The notes below the pieces were generated by a model. The model worked only from the letters and a program-made list of their open reading frames with translations, had not been told where the DNA came from and did not search any database. A DNA stretch of 64,000 nt from Eledone cirrhosa (lineage: Eukaryota), in assembly GCA_964016885.1 (NCBI GenBank), contig OZ024743.1, positions 323,268,001 to 323,332,000 on the forward strand, written 5' to 3'. A program made the position numbers and the translations under genes. Positions 42,481 through 55,037 of the stretch are shown here, piece after piece (the first letter of the stretch is position 1; the number at the start of each line of letters is the position of its first letter).

Positions 42481-42803
42481 AGTTTATGTCTCATTAGTGA
42501 ACATTGTTCTCTTCTCTGTCTTAAATTGGTGCTTTCCATATCCTATAATAGCTATTGCATTCAAAATATTAAGAGTTAATCCATAAGAAAAATTATATTC
42601 CAATATTGAAACAATTTAAATCTCTTTGTATTAATTCTGTTTACATTGATTTATTGACGGTTTTATGTTGATCATGCTTAATTTTCTTGGCTTGCTTTGT
42701 CACAAAAATGTTTTAATGTTTTAAATTCATAAGTGAAAAAAAAAATGTAACTATGTTATTATTTTTAATAAGCTGGTCTGCTCATTAACTTTATTGCTGT
42801 CTT

Positions 42804-43010
42804 TGTTGTTGTTGTTTAACTCTGTCAACCCTGATTAAATAGTTGTATATTCAAAAATATTCCAGCCATAACTATCCTCTTTTTTAATCAGACCTAGAAT
42901 ATCTACATTATTTCATGTGCCCACCATCATTTTAAGATATTAAGATGTGCTATGAGGGAAATTTCACTGTCATTTCTAACATTTCAATCAACCATGTAAT
43001 GTCTCCCTTG
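42804..43010 (-). mobile_element. SINE-like repeat family 3 fragment
   Basis: Starts with (GTT)n, the tail on the minus strand, and shares CCTGAT...ATTCCAGCCAT and ATTTCTAAC...AACCATGTA motifs with other copies. Confidence 0.45.
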
Positions 43011-43036
43011 TTAGCTCATACTACTTATTATCAATT

Positions 43037-44290
43037 GTTGTGATGTCATTCTATTGTTGTTTTATTGTTATAGTTGTTTCATTGTCACAGTTGTTGCTAT
43101 TGTTGTTTTATTGTCACATTTGTTGCTATTGTTGTTTCATTGTCACATTTGTTGCTAGTGTTGTTTTATTGTCACATTTGTTGCTATTGTTGTTTTATTG
43201 TCACAGTTGTTGCTATTGTTGTTTTATTGTCACAGTTGTTGCTATTGTTGTTTTATTGTCACATTTGTTGCTATTGTTGTTTTAGTGTCACATTTGTTGC
43301 TATTGTTGTTTTATTGTCACATTTGTTGCTATTGTTGTTTTATTGTCACAGTTGTTGCTAGTGTTGTTTTATTGTCACATTTGTTGCTATTGTTGTTTTA
43401 TTGTCACATTTGTTGCTATTGTTGTTTTATTGTCACATTTGTTGCTATTGTTGTTTTATTGTCACAGTTGTTGCTATTGTTTTATTGTCACATTTGTTGC
43501 TATTGTTGTTTTATTGTCACATTTGTTGCTATTGTTGTTTTATTGTCACAGTTGTTGCTATTGTTGTTTTATTGTCACAGTTGTTGCTAGTGTTGTTTTA
43601 TTGTCACAGTTGTTGCTAGTGTTGTTTTATTGTCACAGTTGTTGCTAGTGTTGTTTTATTGTCACATTTGTTGCTATTGTTGTTTTATTGTCACAGTTGT
43701 TGCTATTGTTGTTTCATTGTCACATTTGTTGCTATTGTTGTTTTATTGTCACAGTTGTTGCTATTGTTGTTTTATTGTCACAGTTGTTGCTATTGTTGTT
43801 TTATTGTCACAGTTGTTGCTATTGTTGTTTCATTGTCACATTTGTTGCTATTGTTGTTTCATTGTCACATTTGTTGCTATTGTTTTATTGTCACATTTGT
43901 TACTATAGTTTTTTTATTGTCACAGTTGTTGCTATTGTTGTTTTATTGTCACAGTTGTTGCTATTGTTGTTTTATTGTCACATTTGTTGCTATTGTTGTT
44001 TCATTGTCACAGTTGTTGCTATTGTTGTTTTATTGTCACATTTGTTGCTATTGTTGTTTTGTCACATTTGTTGCTATTGTTGTTTTGTCACATTTGTTGC
44101 TATTGTTTTATTGTCACATTTGTTGCTATTGTTTTATTGTCACATTTGTTGCTATTGTTGTTTCATTGTCACATTTGTTGCTCTTCTTGTTTCATTGCTA
44201 CAATTGTTGTTATTGTTGCTTCATTGTTACAGTTGTTGTTGCTATTGTTGTTTCATTGCTACAATTGTTGTTGCTATTGTTGTATTGTTT
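43037..44290. repeat. 29-bp minisatellite TTGTCACA(T/G)TTGTTGCTATTGTTGTTTTA, about 40 copies
   Basis: Direct tandem repeat with 26-bp (minus TTG) variants and degenerate (TTG)-rich ends. It explains all ORFs between 43040 and 44337. Confidence 0.98.
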
Positions 44291-44559
44291 TGGAAAGTAA
44301 CATTTTCTTCACTAAATATATTTGCAACATAAAATAAATGATTCCAACAGGGAACTGAAACTTCTCAAAGCCCATACTATAAACACACCCTCCTCCATTT
44401 TTCCTTTTGAGAACTGTAGCCTTTTAAACTTCTTTTGATACTATAAACCCCATTTATTAACTGGTCACAGTTCTAATCAAATTAGCATTAAATGAAGAAA
44501 TTTCACAGAATTATCTGTAGCTATCTCTTCCTCCAAACTAAAAGAAAAAGTGTTTGTAT

Positions 44560-44765
44560 TGTCGCAGTTGTTAGTTTTGCATCAAATAATTTGGTATTTG
44601 ATCTAGATCTCTGTGCTCCGAGTTCAAATCCTACCACTGTCAGCTTTGCCTTTCTTCCTTTTGAGGATCAATACCAGTTGAGAGGTGGTGGATTAGCAGA
44701 ATTGTTAATAAAAAACATTGTGTGGTGTCTGTTCTGTATCTACAGGCTCTGAGTTCAAACCCTGC
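44560..44765 (+). mobile_element. Two partial copies of SINE family 1
   Basis: B-box-like GAGTTCAAATCC and GAGTTCAAACCC, and body CAGCTTTGCCTTTCTTCCTTTTGAGGATCAATACCAG. Confidence 0.55.
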
Positions 44766-45059
44766 TTCTTAACATTGGAAAAGCAGTGACACTTCTGTTA
44801 CAATATGTGATTAGCAGTTAGTATCAATGATAGAAAGATAGATAGAAACATAGTTTCCTTTCTGTATAATTTAGTCAGAAGAGAAGGAACATTGCCTTTG
44901 ACCTTTCCATGGATCTCTGAAACAGGTCGGAGAAAGGCAGGAATAACTCCATATCCTCAGACCAGAGACCTGGTCCAAATACTTATAACAAAGTGGACAA
45001 TGCTAAAGGAACCTAAGAACAGGTGCAGTGCCTCTGACAAGCTTTGAGACAGTTTACAT

Positions 45060-45172
45060 TTTACTCAGTTTCATTCACAAGTTTTGAGTCAAACAGAGAA
45101 TGTGGTGAAAAGATACTTACTCAGGGTGCCACATAGTGGGATCTAATCTAGAACATGTTTGTCATGGGAACT
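45060..45172 (-). mobile_element. Decayed tRNA/CORE-like SINE fragment (family 4)
   Basis: AAGATACTTACTCAGGGTGCCACATAGTGGGATCTAA resembles the copy at 60655-60795. Confidence 0.45.
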
Positions 45173-45349
45173 TAAGAGCCTATGAGTTCTGTCTCTCTTC
45201 TTCATTCAACTAGAAAATAATATTTAATTAACTGAAGTGTGTAATTCCTCACTGAAAACTTTGTATCTGGTTGAGAAATAATTTATCTCACTGTTGAAGA
45301 AGATAAGTTCCTGATAAGCCAAATCTGGTTTCATTTCTAATTGTCATTT

Positions 45350-45647
45350 CATGCTAGAAAATACAAATTTCTCTGTACATTGAAAAAATGATAAACACCT
45401 TTATATACCCAATTGCTCTTAATATTATTCTGAAATGGATGTATAAATTTGCATATAATTAGTGCTTATGTTGGTAATTAATTCAGATCTATATTAAGAA
45501 GTGTGCTAGCAGCCGAATTGTATGATAAAGTTATAATTGAGACTGCATTAATGTGTATATAAATATACACGTTTTAATATGTAGGCATGCAAACATGCTA
45601 GAAAATACGAATATCCCTGTAAATTGAAAAAATGATGAACACCTTTA
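45350..45647. repeat. ~55-bp direct repeat pair (45350-45409 and 45594-45647), probably a DNA-transposon remnant
   Basis: CATGCTAGAAAATAC(A/G)AAT..C.CTGTA.ATTGAAAAAATGAT(A/G)AACACCTTTA occurs twice, 244 bp apart, with an ATTTGCAT motif between. Confidence 0.6.
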
Positions 45648-45787
45648 ATTGGTTTTGGGACCTAATTACACACTCATCAGGTGTGTATATCATCCAAATA
45701 ACCACAAAGAAATTTGTATTTAATGGGCTTATATACAAATTTTCTCTTAGTATTTTTCTGAAATACATGTTTCCTTGTGGTTGTTTG

Positions 45788-46163
45788 TCATGATAAAAGA
45801 ACACTTAGTACTCTCTTTAAGGTGACATGACAAAAGAGCACCTGGTACTCCCTTTAAGGTGACATGACAAAAGGGCACCTAGTCCTCTCTTTAAGGTAGC
45901 ATGACAAAAGGGCACATAGCCCTCCCTGCATGACACCCATTCCACACTGTAAAATTGTCATTTTAGTGTCACGATAAAAAGCACCCTGTCCACACTGTAA
46001 ATGTGGTTGGCATTAGGAAAAGCATCCAGCCGTAGAAACCAAGCCAGAAATAGTTCTGTATTAGCAAGACACGGTCATCTGATCTGACTTGTCTAACAAT
46101 AAGACAACTCGTCTTACCCATTCTAGTGTGGAAAAATGGATGTAAAACGATGAGGATGACGAT
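45788..46163 (+). mobile_element. RTE 3'-UTR-like or SINE 3' fragment with ~37-bp internal tandem repeats
   Basis: CATGACAAAAGGGCACCTAGTACTCTCTTTAAGGTGA x3-4, then CCACACTGTAAATGTGGTTGGCATTAGGAAAAGCATCCAGCCGTAGAAA and a tail like that of 59538-59853. Confidence 0.75.
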
Positions 46164-47143
46164 ATGTATACATATATTATTATAGTATAGAGATTGTCAA
46201 CAAGGAAATATATACTTGAGGGTTTTATATATCCCATCACTTATAGTAGTATCCAAAAATGGATGGACTAATTTACAAATTATTAATGTTTATGTTGGTA
46301 GTTAAGATATATACATAAATGAGTAAATGAAGGTGGAAGAAACCACTAATGTTTTAGCAAGGGGCATTAAGCACAGTGCGTTATTCAGGTCTAAGTCCAG
46401 GATGTAATCCAAAGAGTTATGATACTGGTAGATGAAAACGATGAAAGCCACCGATCATAAATAATCAAATAGCAAGGTAGTTATTCAATTATAATCATTT
46501 ATTTCTACAATTGTTTCTATAACGATGGATGTAGTACCAATCAAAAGAATTAATCAGTCAGTCAATCAATTATTTATATGGCACAAAAACATCTCCTGTC
46601 ATATTATCAGGAAATATAGATCAATTGAGTTATTTGATCTTGTTAAAATGATACATAGATAAACATTCAAATAGCAAAAGAAAAAATAAGAAAAATAAAA
46701 GGTGAAGTGTGTAGTTAAAGAATAGTCTGTTAATGCATTTTGCAGGAAAGTATAGTGTAAAAAGAAAAATATTGTTAGAGAAAATTAAATGGATTTGAAA
46801 ATCTCTACACAGCGTAAATAATATTTAAAATTAAGTGTACGTATAAACATTTTGATGTCAGGCACAGATAGTTATATTGTCCATGATAGTATATACATCA
46901 AATAGTTATTTACTGACAGGAAGGATGCTTATATGATTATTTTCTGTTTAAAAATGTGAGCACATGCTGGTACACACAAAAAACACTGTTTAAGTAACTA
47001 GTCACCATATTTACCATGGGGTTAGCTTTTGGGGAGATTGATGTTATTGAGTCTAAAGATAAATGTGGGCTTTATATGTCACAATGATTCCTGAAGAGAA
47101 GACATTTTTGTTATGTCCCAATTACCTACAAAATTTCTCTTAT

Positions 47144-47720
47144 ATGTATTCGTGAGTGAATAATAATATTATTATAATATTATGTTTGCAAGCAAATAGC
47201 CTCATAACACCATGTGTGTTTTCTAGATGACTACATCGTCCTTTTGTTCCAGCAATAGCTGAGAAAAAACAGTCAATTGTTTCAGAGTTGTTGCTCCTTA
47301 TCGAGACTGTATCCTCATCGCTACCCAACTGGAACTGCTGAAAATACATAGTATTCTCAAATATATACATCAACTGATTAGCCTAATTTGCATACCGAGC
47401 GATTTTACGGCTGGCTTTGCCTAAAATTAAAAGCAAAATTTGTTTTTGCTCTAACATGGTAGATACCTAAATGTATTCGTGAGTGAAAAATATTATTATT
47501 ATTAATATTCAGTTTGTTTGCAAGCAAATAACGTCATTGTCAACTGTTTTCTCTCAGCTATCGCTGGAACAAAAGGATGACGTGGTCATCTAGAAAACAC
47601 ACATGGTGTTAATGAGACTGTTTACTTGCAAACAAACTGAATATTAATATTATTATTATTAGTCACTCACGAATACATTTAGGTATCCGCCATGCTAGAG
47701 TGAAAACAAATTTTGTTTTT
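47144..47720. repeat. Three-armed inverted repeat (foldback/MITE-like remnant)
   Basis: 47144-47273 is the reverse complement of 47543-47678, and 47429-47530 is the reverse complement of ~47619-47720. Confidence 0.9.
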
Positions 47721-48553
47721 CTCTTAGATCTTATAAATCACAAATATTTCTACCATGTTGTACCAGCTTTTAGAAAATTATTGGTCTTTTATTACAAATA
47801 TTTATATTTACTATAATATCAATTACATATGGTATCTATTAAACTGTCACTATTTTACATTCAGTTATTTATTATAATAACTTCATATATTTTATTTGTC
47901 AATTGTTGATGGCTACTTTTGCATTTCAACCAATATACAAAATTTGGCAGGGTCTTTATGGAAACTAACTGGTTTGCTGGAGAGGAATTTGGCAGATACA
48001 CTTTGGAAACAAGCTGGCTCACACAAGAGAAATTTCTTTTTAATACATTCATTTTTGTTAGCTTAATGTTTTCAGAAGAGCAAACTATGTAATTCTTGAA
48101 TAATTTTTCTTTGAACCAAATTATATTCAGATATTTTTTAAAAGAAAATACCATACATACTCATAAATAAGTCACATTTTTTTTTTTTTTTTTTTTTTTT
48201 ACTTAGAAAAAAGTTAGACACAAAAATCTGGGACTTATCTATTAAACTCTGCTCTCTACAGAGACGCGCACATGCACGCACGTTAATATTCATTCTATGT
48301 AGATAATGGAATTGTAACCAAATATGAGATCATCTCCTGCAGAAACAAAAATGTGTGAAATACATGAGCATAGCTTTCTATTGGCCAGCTGTAATCTTGA
48401 TGCCCAATAGATACCACATGTATTGTCCGTCAGTTAGTGGGTAGTAATTTAAGAGCACCAGTAATCTGTTCATTTCAGACATAGACACATTGCTATGATA
48501 TGATATGTCTGTGGTTCTGGAACTTTGCTAGACTGTACTGGCAATGATTAGGA

Positions 48554-49057
48554 TTATTTTAGCTAAATATTGTTATATTTGGGGAGGGTCATGCATATTG
48601 CCAGAAAAATATAGTAAAACACACTCACTGTTTGGTTTTGTTTTGTTTTTGCTTCAGTTTATTTTTAGATTTCTATACATAATTTAGCTGGCAATCAATG
48701 TTTGGCTGACCAACAGTTAAAAATATAAATATAATTTTTCAAAGTTCTTTCGTCACACATATCTGTGACATCATCAGTGATTATCATTTTTCCTCCCGTT
48801 GTGTTCCTTTGTTTTTGTTTTTTTTATTATTGTTGTATCACTGACCATGTCACAGATATGTGTGATAAAAGAACTTTGAAAAACTATATTCATATTTTTA
48901 ACTGTTGGTCAATCAATGATAAACATTTAAATTATTTATAGAAATATAAAAATATACTGAAGCAAAAACCAAACACGCAGTGTGTGTGTTTTACTATATT
49001 TTTCTGGCAATATTATGACAACATAACCCTCTCCAAATATAACAATATCTAAAAATA
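48554..49057. repeat. Long inverted repeat (foldback/MITE-like), ~225-bp arms with a 55-bp spacer
   Basis: 48554-48781 pairs with 48837-49057, e.g. ATATTGCCAGAAAAATATAGTAAAACACAC with GTGTGTTTTACTATATTTTTCTGGCAATAT. Confidence 0.92.
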
Positions 49058-49781
49058 GTAAGTTGGGAAGCCTCTACAATGCAGAAGGGTAAATCTTCTG
49101 GTAATGAAATCCAGTGGCAATAGAAGGAAAAAGAAAACAAATGTAAATTAACGTAAAAGGAGAAAAGAAGAAAAAGAAGAATGCCAGAGTCTGTGTACCT
49201 TAAAAGATTTATTAGTCCCTATATTTCTTTTCCCCTTATGCTTTTATAATAAAATAATGAAATTGTGTACAGTGTTCAGGTGCACTACAACTCGTCAAAG
49301 GTGTTTGTATAGTACCTAGTACATAGAATAATGTACAAATGTCAGGAAAGTGGACAGTGTATGAGTCATGATATACATGTGTGTGTGTGTATGGAGGGAG
49401 TATTTCAGGTGTAGTGTTGGCGAATTTCAGGAAGCATGGAGGTTTTAAATGATGCAGTGTCTTTGCAGTTAACAACTGATGCAGGTAGTTTGTTCCATGC
49501 TTCAACAACTCTGAGCGTTAAAAAATGTTTCCGAAAGTCATGAGTTGTGCTGTTTTCTGACTTTATAGGCATGCCCACATGTGTTAGACACATGGTATTC
49601 AAAAAAGTGCTCAGGTTTGTTGTTGGCAAGCTGGTTAATAATTTTGTGGGGATAGCAACTCTGAGCATGAAAAAATGTTTACGTTAATTTACGTTTGTTT
49701 TTCTTTTCCTTCTATTACCACTGGATTTTGTTGCCAGATTTACCCATCTGCATTGTAGAGGCTTCCAAACCGACTATTTTT
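49051..49781. repeat. Inverted repeat with ~105-bp arms enclosing a LINE fragment
   Basis: 49051-49157 (GAAGCCTCTACAATGCAGA...GTAAATTAACGTAAA) pairs with 49678-49781 (TTTACGTTAATTTAC...TCTGCATTGTAGAGGCTTC). Confidence 0.9.
49400..49677 (-). mobile_element. 3' end of a CR1/L2-group LINE ORF2
   Basis: HDFRKHFLTLRVVEAWNKLPASVVNCKDTASFK fits the C-terminal motif R..FF..RVV..WN.LP..VV....L..FK of CR1/L2-group LINEs. Confidence 0.75.
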
Positions 49782-50819
49782 CATATTCCACCATGCTTCA
49801 AGCAAACCTGAACACTCTCATAACAATATCTGTTTCAACACACGATTTCATATCAAAAACCTTGCAAAACAAATACATCGCCGCTTTAGTTAAATATTTT
49901 CTTTTTATTTCAACAACTGCAAGTTAAGTTACAAATGGTAGTTATGAAAAACAAGTGACTTAAGATTGGATCAAAGACTGAAGCCAAAATATTATAAAGA
50001 AAAAGGCAGTGCAACTTATATATGAGTATATACAGTATAAGTTATTTCAGGATATCCATAATTTTTTATTTTAATAATGGAAATTGTATTATAATTAACT
50101 ATTCATAGAAAGCTCTAGAGTTATATTATCACATAGGATGTGACATCAAATATTGAAGACATTTCATTTTAATTTCTGACTTATTTCTTTCCAAAGTGTG
50201 ATTAAGGGCAAAGTGCAGCATCATCTATATTTATTGGTTATTGCTTGGGGGGAAGAGTTGCTTTCTTTTTATCCTCTTTTTATGTCTTTTTCATTCTTTT
50301 CTTTTTTTTTTTTTCTGATATTTTCTCTTTGTCCTTTTCTTTCTGACTTTTTCTTTATTTTTTTTCTGTTCTTTATCTTCTGTAAATAGTTAACAAAGTA
50401 GGGATATTCAAGAGTTAAATAATTAGGATTACATTAAGGATTTTATCTCTTATAATATTTTATTTGTTTATGCTTTGCTCTAAATTATTATGTTCAGTTG
50501 TCTGCATTTTTTTTTTTTTTTTACTACTTAGTCAGGGAGGAAAGGGCAGCATCTATGACCCTTTATTTTTTCAGGGCCTCTGCAACTTTAGTTTGAAGGG
50601 AGGAAGTTAACCCTCAAACCAGAAACCTGGTTCTAATGTTTGCAACTGAGTATAATCTGCTAAAAGGTACCCAAGGACCAGGTGACAATGTTAAACTAGG
50701 CATTTGATTAAGTCTACCACCAAAATATATTTCCTCTAAATTGTTTTTATTGATTCAGTGTTTGTTTTTAAAAACTTGACTATAAATTACATTAGACTCA
50801 TTAAAAAACTGTTTGAGTC

Positions 50820-50995
50820 CTCAAACAGTCCTTCCAGCGAGTCCTGTCAGAAGCAAACATCTCAAATTCATTTGGTTAGATCCCCAAGTGAAAGCAACCG
50901 ACTTCATGGATGATATCCAACCATCTTGCTCGAGGTCTACCTCTGTTTCTCCTACTGGCTGTTTTTGCCCATAAATCTTTCCAATGTTACATCTG
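50820..50995 (-). mobile_element. Short RTE LINE C-terminal fragment
   Basis: The minus strand reads RRNRGRPRARWLDIIHEVGCFHLGI*PNEFEMFASDRTRW, with the RGRPR..W and A.DR..W motifs. Confidence 0.7.
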
Positions 50996-51197
50996 AATAT
51001 AGAAAATATTACAATTACCTGAAACTATATAACTATTTTACAGATTAAGCATTGTAGTATATATTCTGGGACTTTTTTTTTGTTTTTCTTTTTTAATTAT
51101 TTCTAATTAAGGTTGAAAATAAAAGTGATGTTCAAAGTCTTCTAATTTCTTTGGCTTTCTACCAAATTATTGATTGTTTTTTCCACATTGGCTTTAT

Positions 51198-51363
51198 TCA
51201 TCATCATCACCATTTAGCGTCCATTTTTCCATGCTTTCATGGGTTAGACAAGTCGTCCACATTGGGAGACAAGTCTGACTAGAATTGGCCACACCATACC
51301 TTGCTCCAACGACGACTCTAAATTTGGCCGGGGATTTTACAGCTGGATGTCCTTCCTAACACC
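51198..51363 (-). mobile_element. RTE/SINE 3'-tail fragment
   Basis: (CAT)n, TTTAGCGTCCATTTTTCCATGC and TTTTACAGCTGGATGTCCTTCCTAACACC. Confidence 0.75.
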
Positions 51364-51571
51364 TGAGACAAAACTATTTAATGTACATACATGTATATAT
51401 TGGTAAGGGGATAGCTGATAAAAAAATCTGTCAAACATGACTAAATATGATAGAGTATTTTATTTAACATATTTAGTTATGTTCTTTATGTGGATTTAGT
51501 CATTCAATAAATATTTATGGATTGATAAAATTTACTAAAATCTTTAAAAGTCTTACCCAAAAGACTCCAAC

Positions 51572-51720
51572 CAGTTAATTCTTTCATTACCATATTTTTA
51601 ATAAAAATTCACTGACTGTGAGAGATAATTTTGAAAATAATCAAGAATTTGGAAGGATTTAGTAACATAATTAACTTTTTCATTATTAGGCTGGTATTTG
51701 GGGCATAACTTAACACAAAA
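51572..51720. repeat. Fragment of a dispersed AT-rich repeat
   Basis: AATTTTGAAAATAATCAAGAATTTGGA recurs at ~55800-55827. Confidence 0.5.
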
Positions 51721-51752
51721 TTGAGGGAATGTTTTTAAATACATATAAACAT

Positions 51753-52021
51753 GCGATGTGTTGTTTCCTTGAGCAAGACACTTTATTTCACATTGCTCCA
51801 GTTTACTCAGCTGTAGAAATGAGATGCTAGGGACTGGGGTCCATATCATTCCACTGCAAAGTGGTCGTGGAGGTGCCACGGCAAAAAAGCACCCAGCACT
51901 CACTGTAAATGAGGTTGGTGTTAGGAAGGGCATCCAGCTGTAGAAATCAAGCCAGAATCAGTTCCCGTCCCACCCTTGCAAGCAGGGAAAAGCGGACGTA
52001 AAATGAGATGATGATGATGAT
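51753..52021 (+). mobile_element. SINE family 2, lacking the tRNA head, tail type A
   Basis: Near-identical to 53531-53836 but with one internal repeat unit; ends CGGACGTAAAATGA(GAT)n. Confidence 0.9.
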
Positions 52022-52611
52022 ACACTTTAAAATAAAATAAATGGCCTTCTATGTTACAGCCAGGGGCAGTTTCAGATGATTTGGTGTCATAAGTTAAAAG
52101 AAAAAATAAAAGAATATACAAGACTGTTTTGTGGGAATTTTTCTATAAATTGATTTGACAATATGAATCTGTCAAATAATGAAAGTAACCTAAAACTGAG
52201 ACTCCCCATGGTTGTATCATTTTAGGTGCTGTTCTCCAGTTAGCTTCTTTCTATCTTCTTGGATAATTTCTCCTTATTTATCCTAAAATCACTTAACCTT
52301 AAACTCTACAAAATACTTCAGCATTGCTGGTATAGTCACTCCCTCCATCTCTCCCACTTTCTCTATCTCTCACTATTATAAGCAAATGGGGGCCCACAAC
52401 AGCCCCGGTGGACAGAATAGAGAAAGCAGTTAATGTCAATAACATGTTAAAAGAAAGCTTTTTAATGACAGGTTTGGCAACTTAAAAGTAGAAATACAGC
52501 TTATTGAGATGATAGGAAGTCAGTTACTCATATCACATAAACCAATAAAACATTAAAGCTATGTATTATATCATCTAAACTCAGAGTATATGTTCTGTAT
52601 CAGTATTCACG

Positions 52612-53010
52612 ATCAACATTTAATGTCCACTTTCCTTGCTAGCAAGGGTTGGACAGGTCTTCACTGATTGCATCTGTACTGAAGTGAGACTACTGACCTC
52701 TGACATGCCAGGGGTTCACATCTCGTCTACATACAGTCCCACATTCTACCAAGTGCATTTTATGATGGCATAAACACTAAAGAGGTTGTTATGTCTTTGA
52801 CACAACTGAAGGCTCTGCCCAACTCTGTTTGGCAAGCTTTCTATGGTTGGGTGCCTTTCCTCTCAGCAGCTACTTTACAGCATGTACTGGATGTGTTTAT
52901 CATGTAGATCAGCAACATCTGGGAGGTTGTCATATCCTTGACACAACTGAAGGGTCTTCCCAACCCTTTCTTTGGCAAGCTTTCTATGGCTGGATGCCCT
53001 TCCTATTACC
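52612..53010 (-). mobile_element. Decayed RTE 3'-UTR/SINE-like fragment with an internal duplication
   Basis: Tail TTTAATGTCCACTTTCCTTGCTAGCAAGGG. GAGGTTGT.AT.TC.TTGACACAACTGAAGG...TTGGCAAGC..TTCTATGG.TGG.TGCC.TTCCT occurs twice. Confidence 0.65.
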
Positions 53011-53194
53011 TTGCAGCATATATTGTAGATAATGTTAAATGTAGAATGAAAATAAAGAATAAAGATTAGTCTTACCTGGATGTGTTAAACCAATATCCAG
53101 AATATAGAATACAGCAAATAAATTATATGTCTCTATCTATTTCTACATGTTCTGTTATCTTCAGCCTATATTGTACCATAGTGAAGTACCAAAT

Positions 53195-53352
53195 GTTATT
53201 TAGAGCCAGGTCAATTCTGATCAGTCAGATCTGTGATCAAAGCTTTCTGGTTATGATCATATTGTATTTTTAGGGATATTTATTACTTACACTATCGACT
53301 GTCTCCTTTCCTTTGTATGGTTTGATTTCTAGCTGGTTGAGCAACCATATAA
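53195..53352 (-). mobile_element. SINE-like repeat family 3 fragment
   Basis: CCAGGTCAATTCTGATCAG.CAGATCTGTGATCAAAG and ATTTCTAGCTGGTTGAGCAACCATATA are shared with other copies. Confidence 0.45.
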
Positions 53353-53458
53353 CTTTTGGGGCAACTGCCTCCCTCACGGCCACGTAATACCCTCAACACA
53401 CCCCCAATCCTATATCCAGAGAGACCTGCCTACATGCAAATTATAAATAATATATAAT

Positions 53459-53836
53459 GGAGGCACATGGCTTAGTGGTTAGAGCATTGGGCTTGCAATT
53501 GAAAGGTTGTGAGTTCAATTCTCAGACCGGATGATGTGTTGTTTCCTTGAGCAAGACACTTTATTTCACATTGCTCCAGTTTACTCAGCTGTAGAAATGA
53601 GATGATAGGACTGGGGTCCCTATCATTCCACTGCAAAGTGGTTGTGGAGGTCTCGCGGCAAAAAAGCACCCAGCCCACACTGTAAAGTAGACGTGTAGGC
53701 GCCATGGAAAAAAAGCACCCAGCACTCACTGTAAATGAGGTTGGTGTTAGGAAGGGCATCCAGCTGTAGAAATCAAGCCATAATCAGTTCCCGTCCCACC
53801 CTTCCAAGCAGGGAAAAGCGGACGTAAAATGATGAT
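53459..53836 (+). mobile_element. Full-length tRNA-derived SINE (family 2): tRNA head, CORE-like body, RTE-derived 3' part
   Basis: A box TGGCTTAGTGG (53468-53478), B box GTTCAATTC (53513-53521), CORE-like CCTTGAGCAAGACACTT...CTGTAGAAATG, two AAAAAAGCACCCAGC units, and a tail matching the LINE at 58154-58211. Confidence 0.92.
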
Positions 53837-55037
53837 ATAGTAAATAAAATCATTAATTTATATATAATAAATAATATAATATAATATATACTATGTATAA
53901 ATAAATATTATATATTATTTATTTTACTATATTTTTATATATGTATCATTTGATATTTAATATACTATTATATCATCTCTACCTCCTCCCCCAGTGCCCC
54001 CTGGACTTTCTCAATGCCCCCCCCAAGGAGGCAGTAAAACCCACTTTGAGAACTTCTGATATAGAAGTTATTTCACTGTCTTGGACTATAAGTTAACATC
54101 TTGTATTGATTTAAAAGAAAATATCCAAGAATATGTTTGTTAATCTCGGTGTTTACAGTATCTTTACTATTGGACAAATCTTTGTGGAAATTTACAATGT
54201 TTGAATAAACACTTAACTTTTTATGTGATGCAGTCATTGTGCTGTTTTGTAATTTTCAAGAATGTCTTGCTAATGTGGTTTCATGTGGTACGGGACATTA
54301 CGCGTTAAGTACTTTGTGGGTGGCATAAGCTATAAGATAAGTTCCTTGTGAATTGAACCTGTTGCTGATCCTACATTGAGAGGATACTTCTGATAACAGT
54401 AAAAAAAAAATTAAAGTTTTAACTCTTTATAGCAGTAGTTCATGGGCTGAATAAATATTTTCTGTGTGTGTGCCTGTATATTTCCGTGTTATACAGAAAC
54501 AGAGAAAAGGAAATATTCAAAAATGAACAGATTGTTATTCAAAACACTTTTTAGATTTTTAAGACTTAAGTGAACAAGAAAGATTAATAGATATCTAAGA
54601 ATACAGCAGAAATTTTGCAAGGCAGAACATAACCACTTTCATGTTGGGGGTTGTTGAGCATCAAGGTGGGGTTCAGATATTTACAGGATCCTCCTTAGTT
54701 CTCCAGGTTTATGTACACTAGTTAAACCCCTCTCTTATAGGCTCTGAACAGCAACACAGCATTTTCAGTTAGCAACGCAGAAAATATTTCTTTCTTTTCT
54801 AGCTTAGCAAGGAAGAGACAAATGTCAGATGTAGTTTAACCAATATGAATGGTCACCTCTTGAAGATTAGTTGTGTAATCCATGTAAAACAGTTATGTAT
54901 GTACCCAGAATTCCTGATGGGGTCATTTTAAACCTGGGGGAGTCCATCCCCTCTTCGGGTTTGAACCCTACCTATTTATTCAAGAGAAAGAGATTGGTTA
55001 AAAGGAAGTGATAAAGAGATATAAAGAAAGAACTGAT

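Noticed and set aside
43040-44337. Overlapping Cys/Leu/Val-rich ORFs of up to 214 aa
   Set aside because: They are artefacts of a stop-poor 29-bp minisatellite, and the same peptide appears in all three frames.
47861-48154. 97-aa minus-strand ORF, superficially like a targeting peptide
   Set aside because: No recognisable domain and no convincing splice donor or acceptor.
50198-50389. Phe-rich 63-aa ORF
   Set aside because: It is a T-rich low-complexity tract.
52383-52471. Candidate exon after a pyrimidine-rich tract
   Set aside because: The peptide is unrecognisable, the donor is weak, and the only open frame is not phase-compatible with the 38208 donor.
53459-53533. tRNA gene
   Set aside because: A and B boxes are present, but the acceptor stem does not pair and the sequence continues into a SINE body.
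54261-54328. Possible furin-like Cys-rich exon (CLANVVSCGTGHY)
   Set aside because: An in-frame stop follows soon after, there is no good donor, the phase does not match the previous exon, and the Cys spacing is unconvincing.
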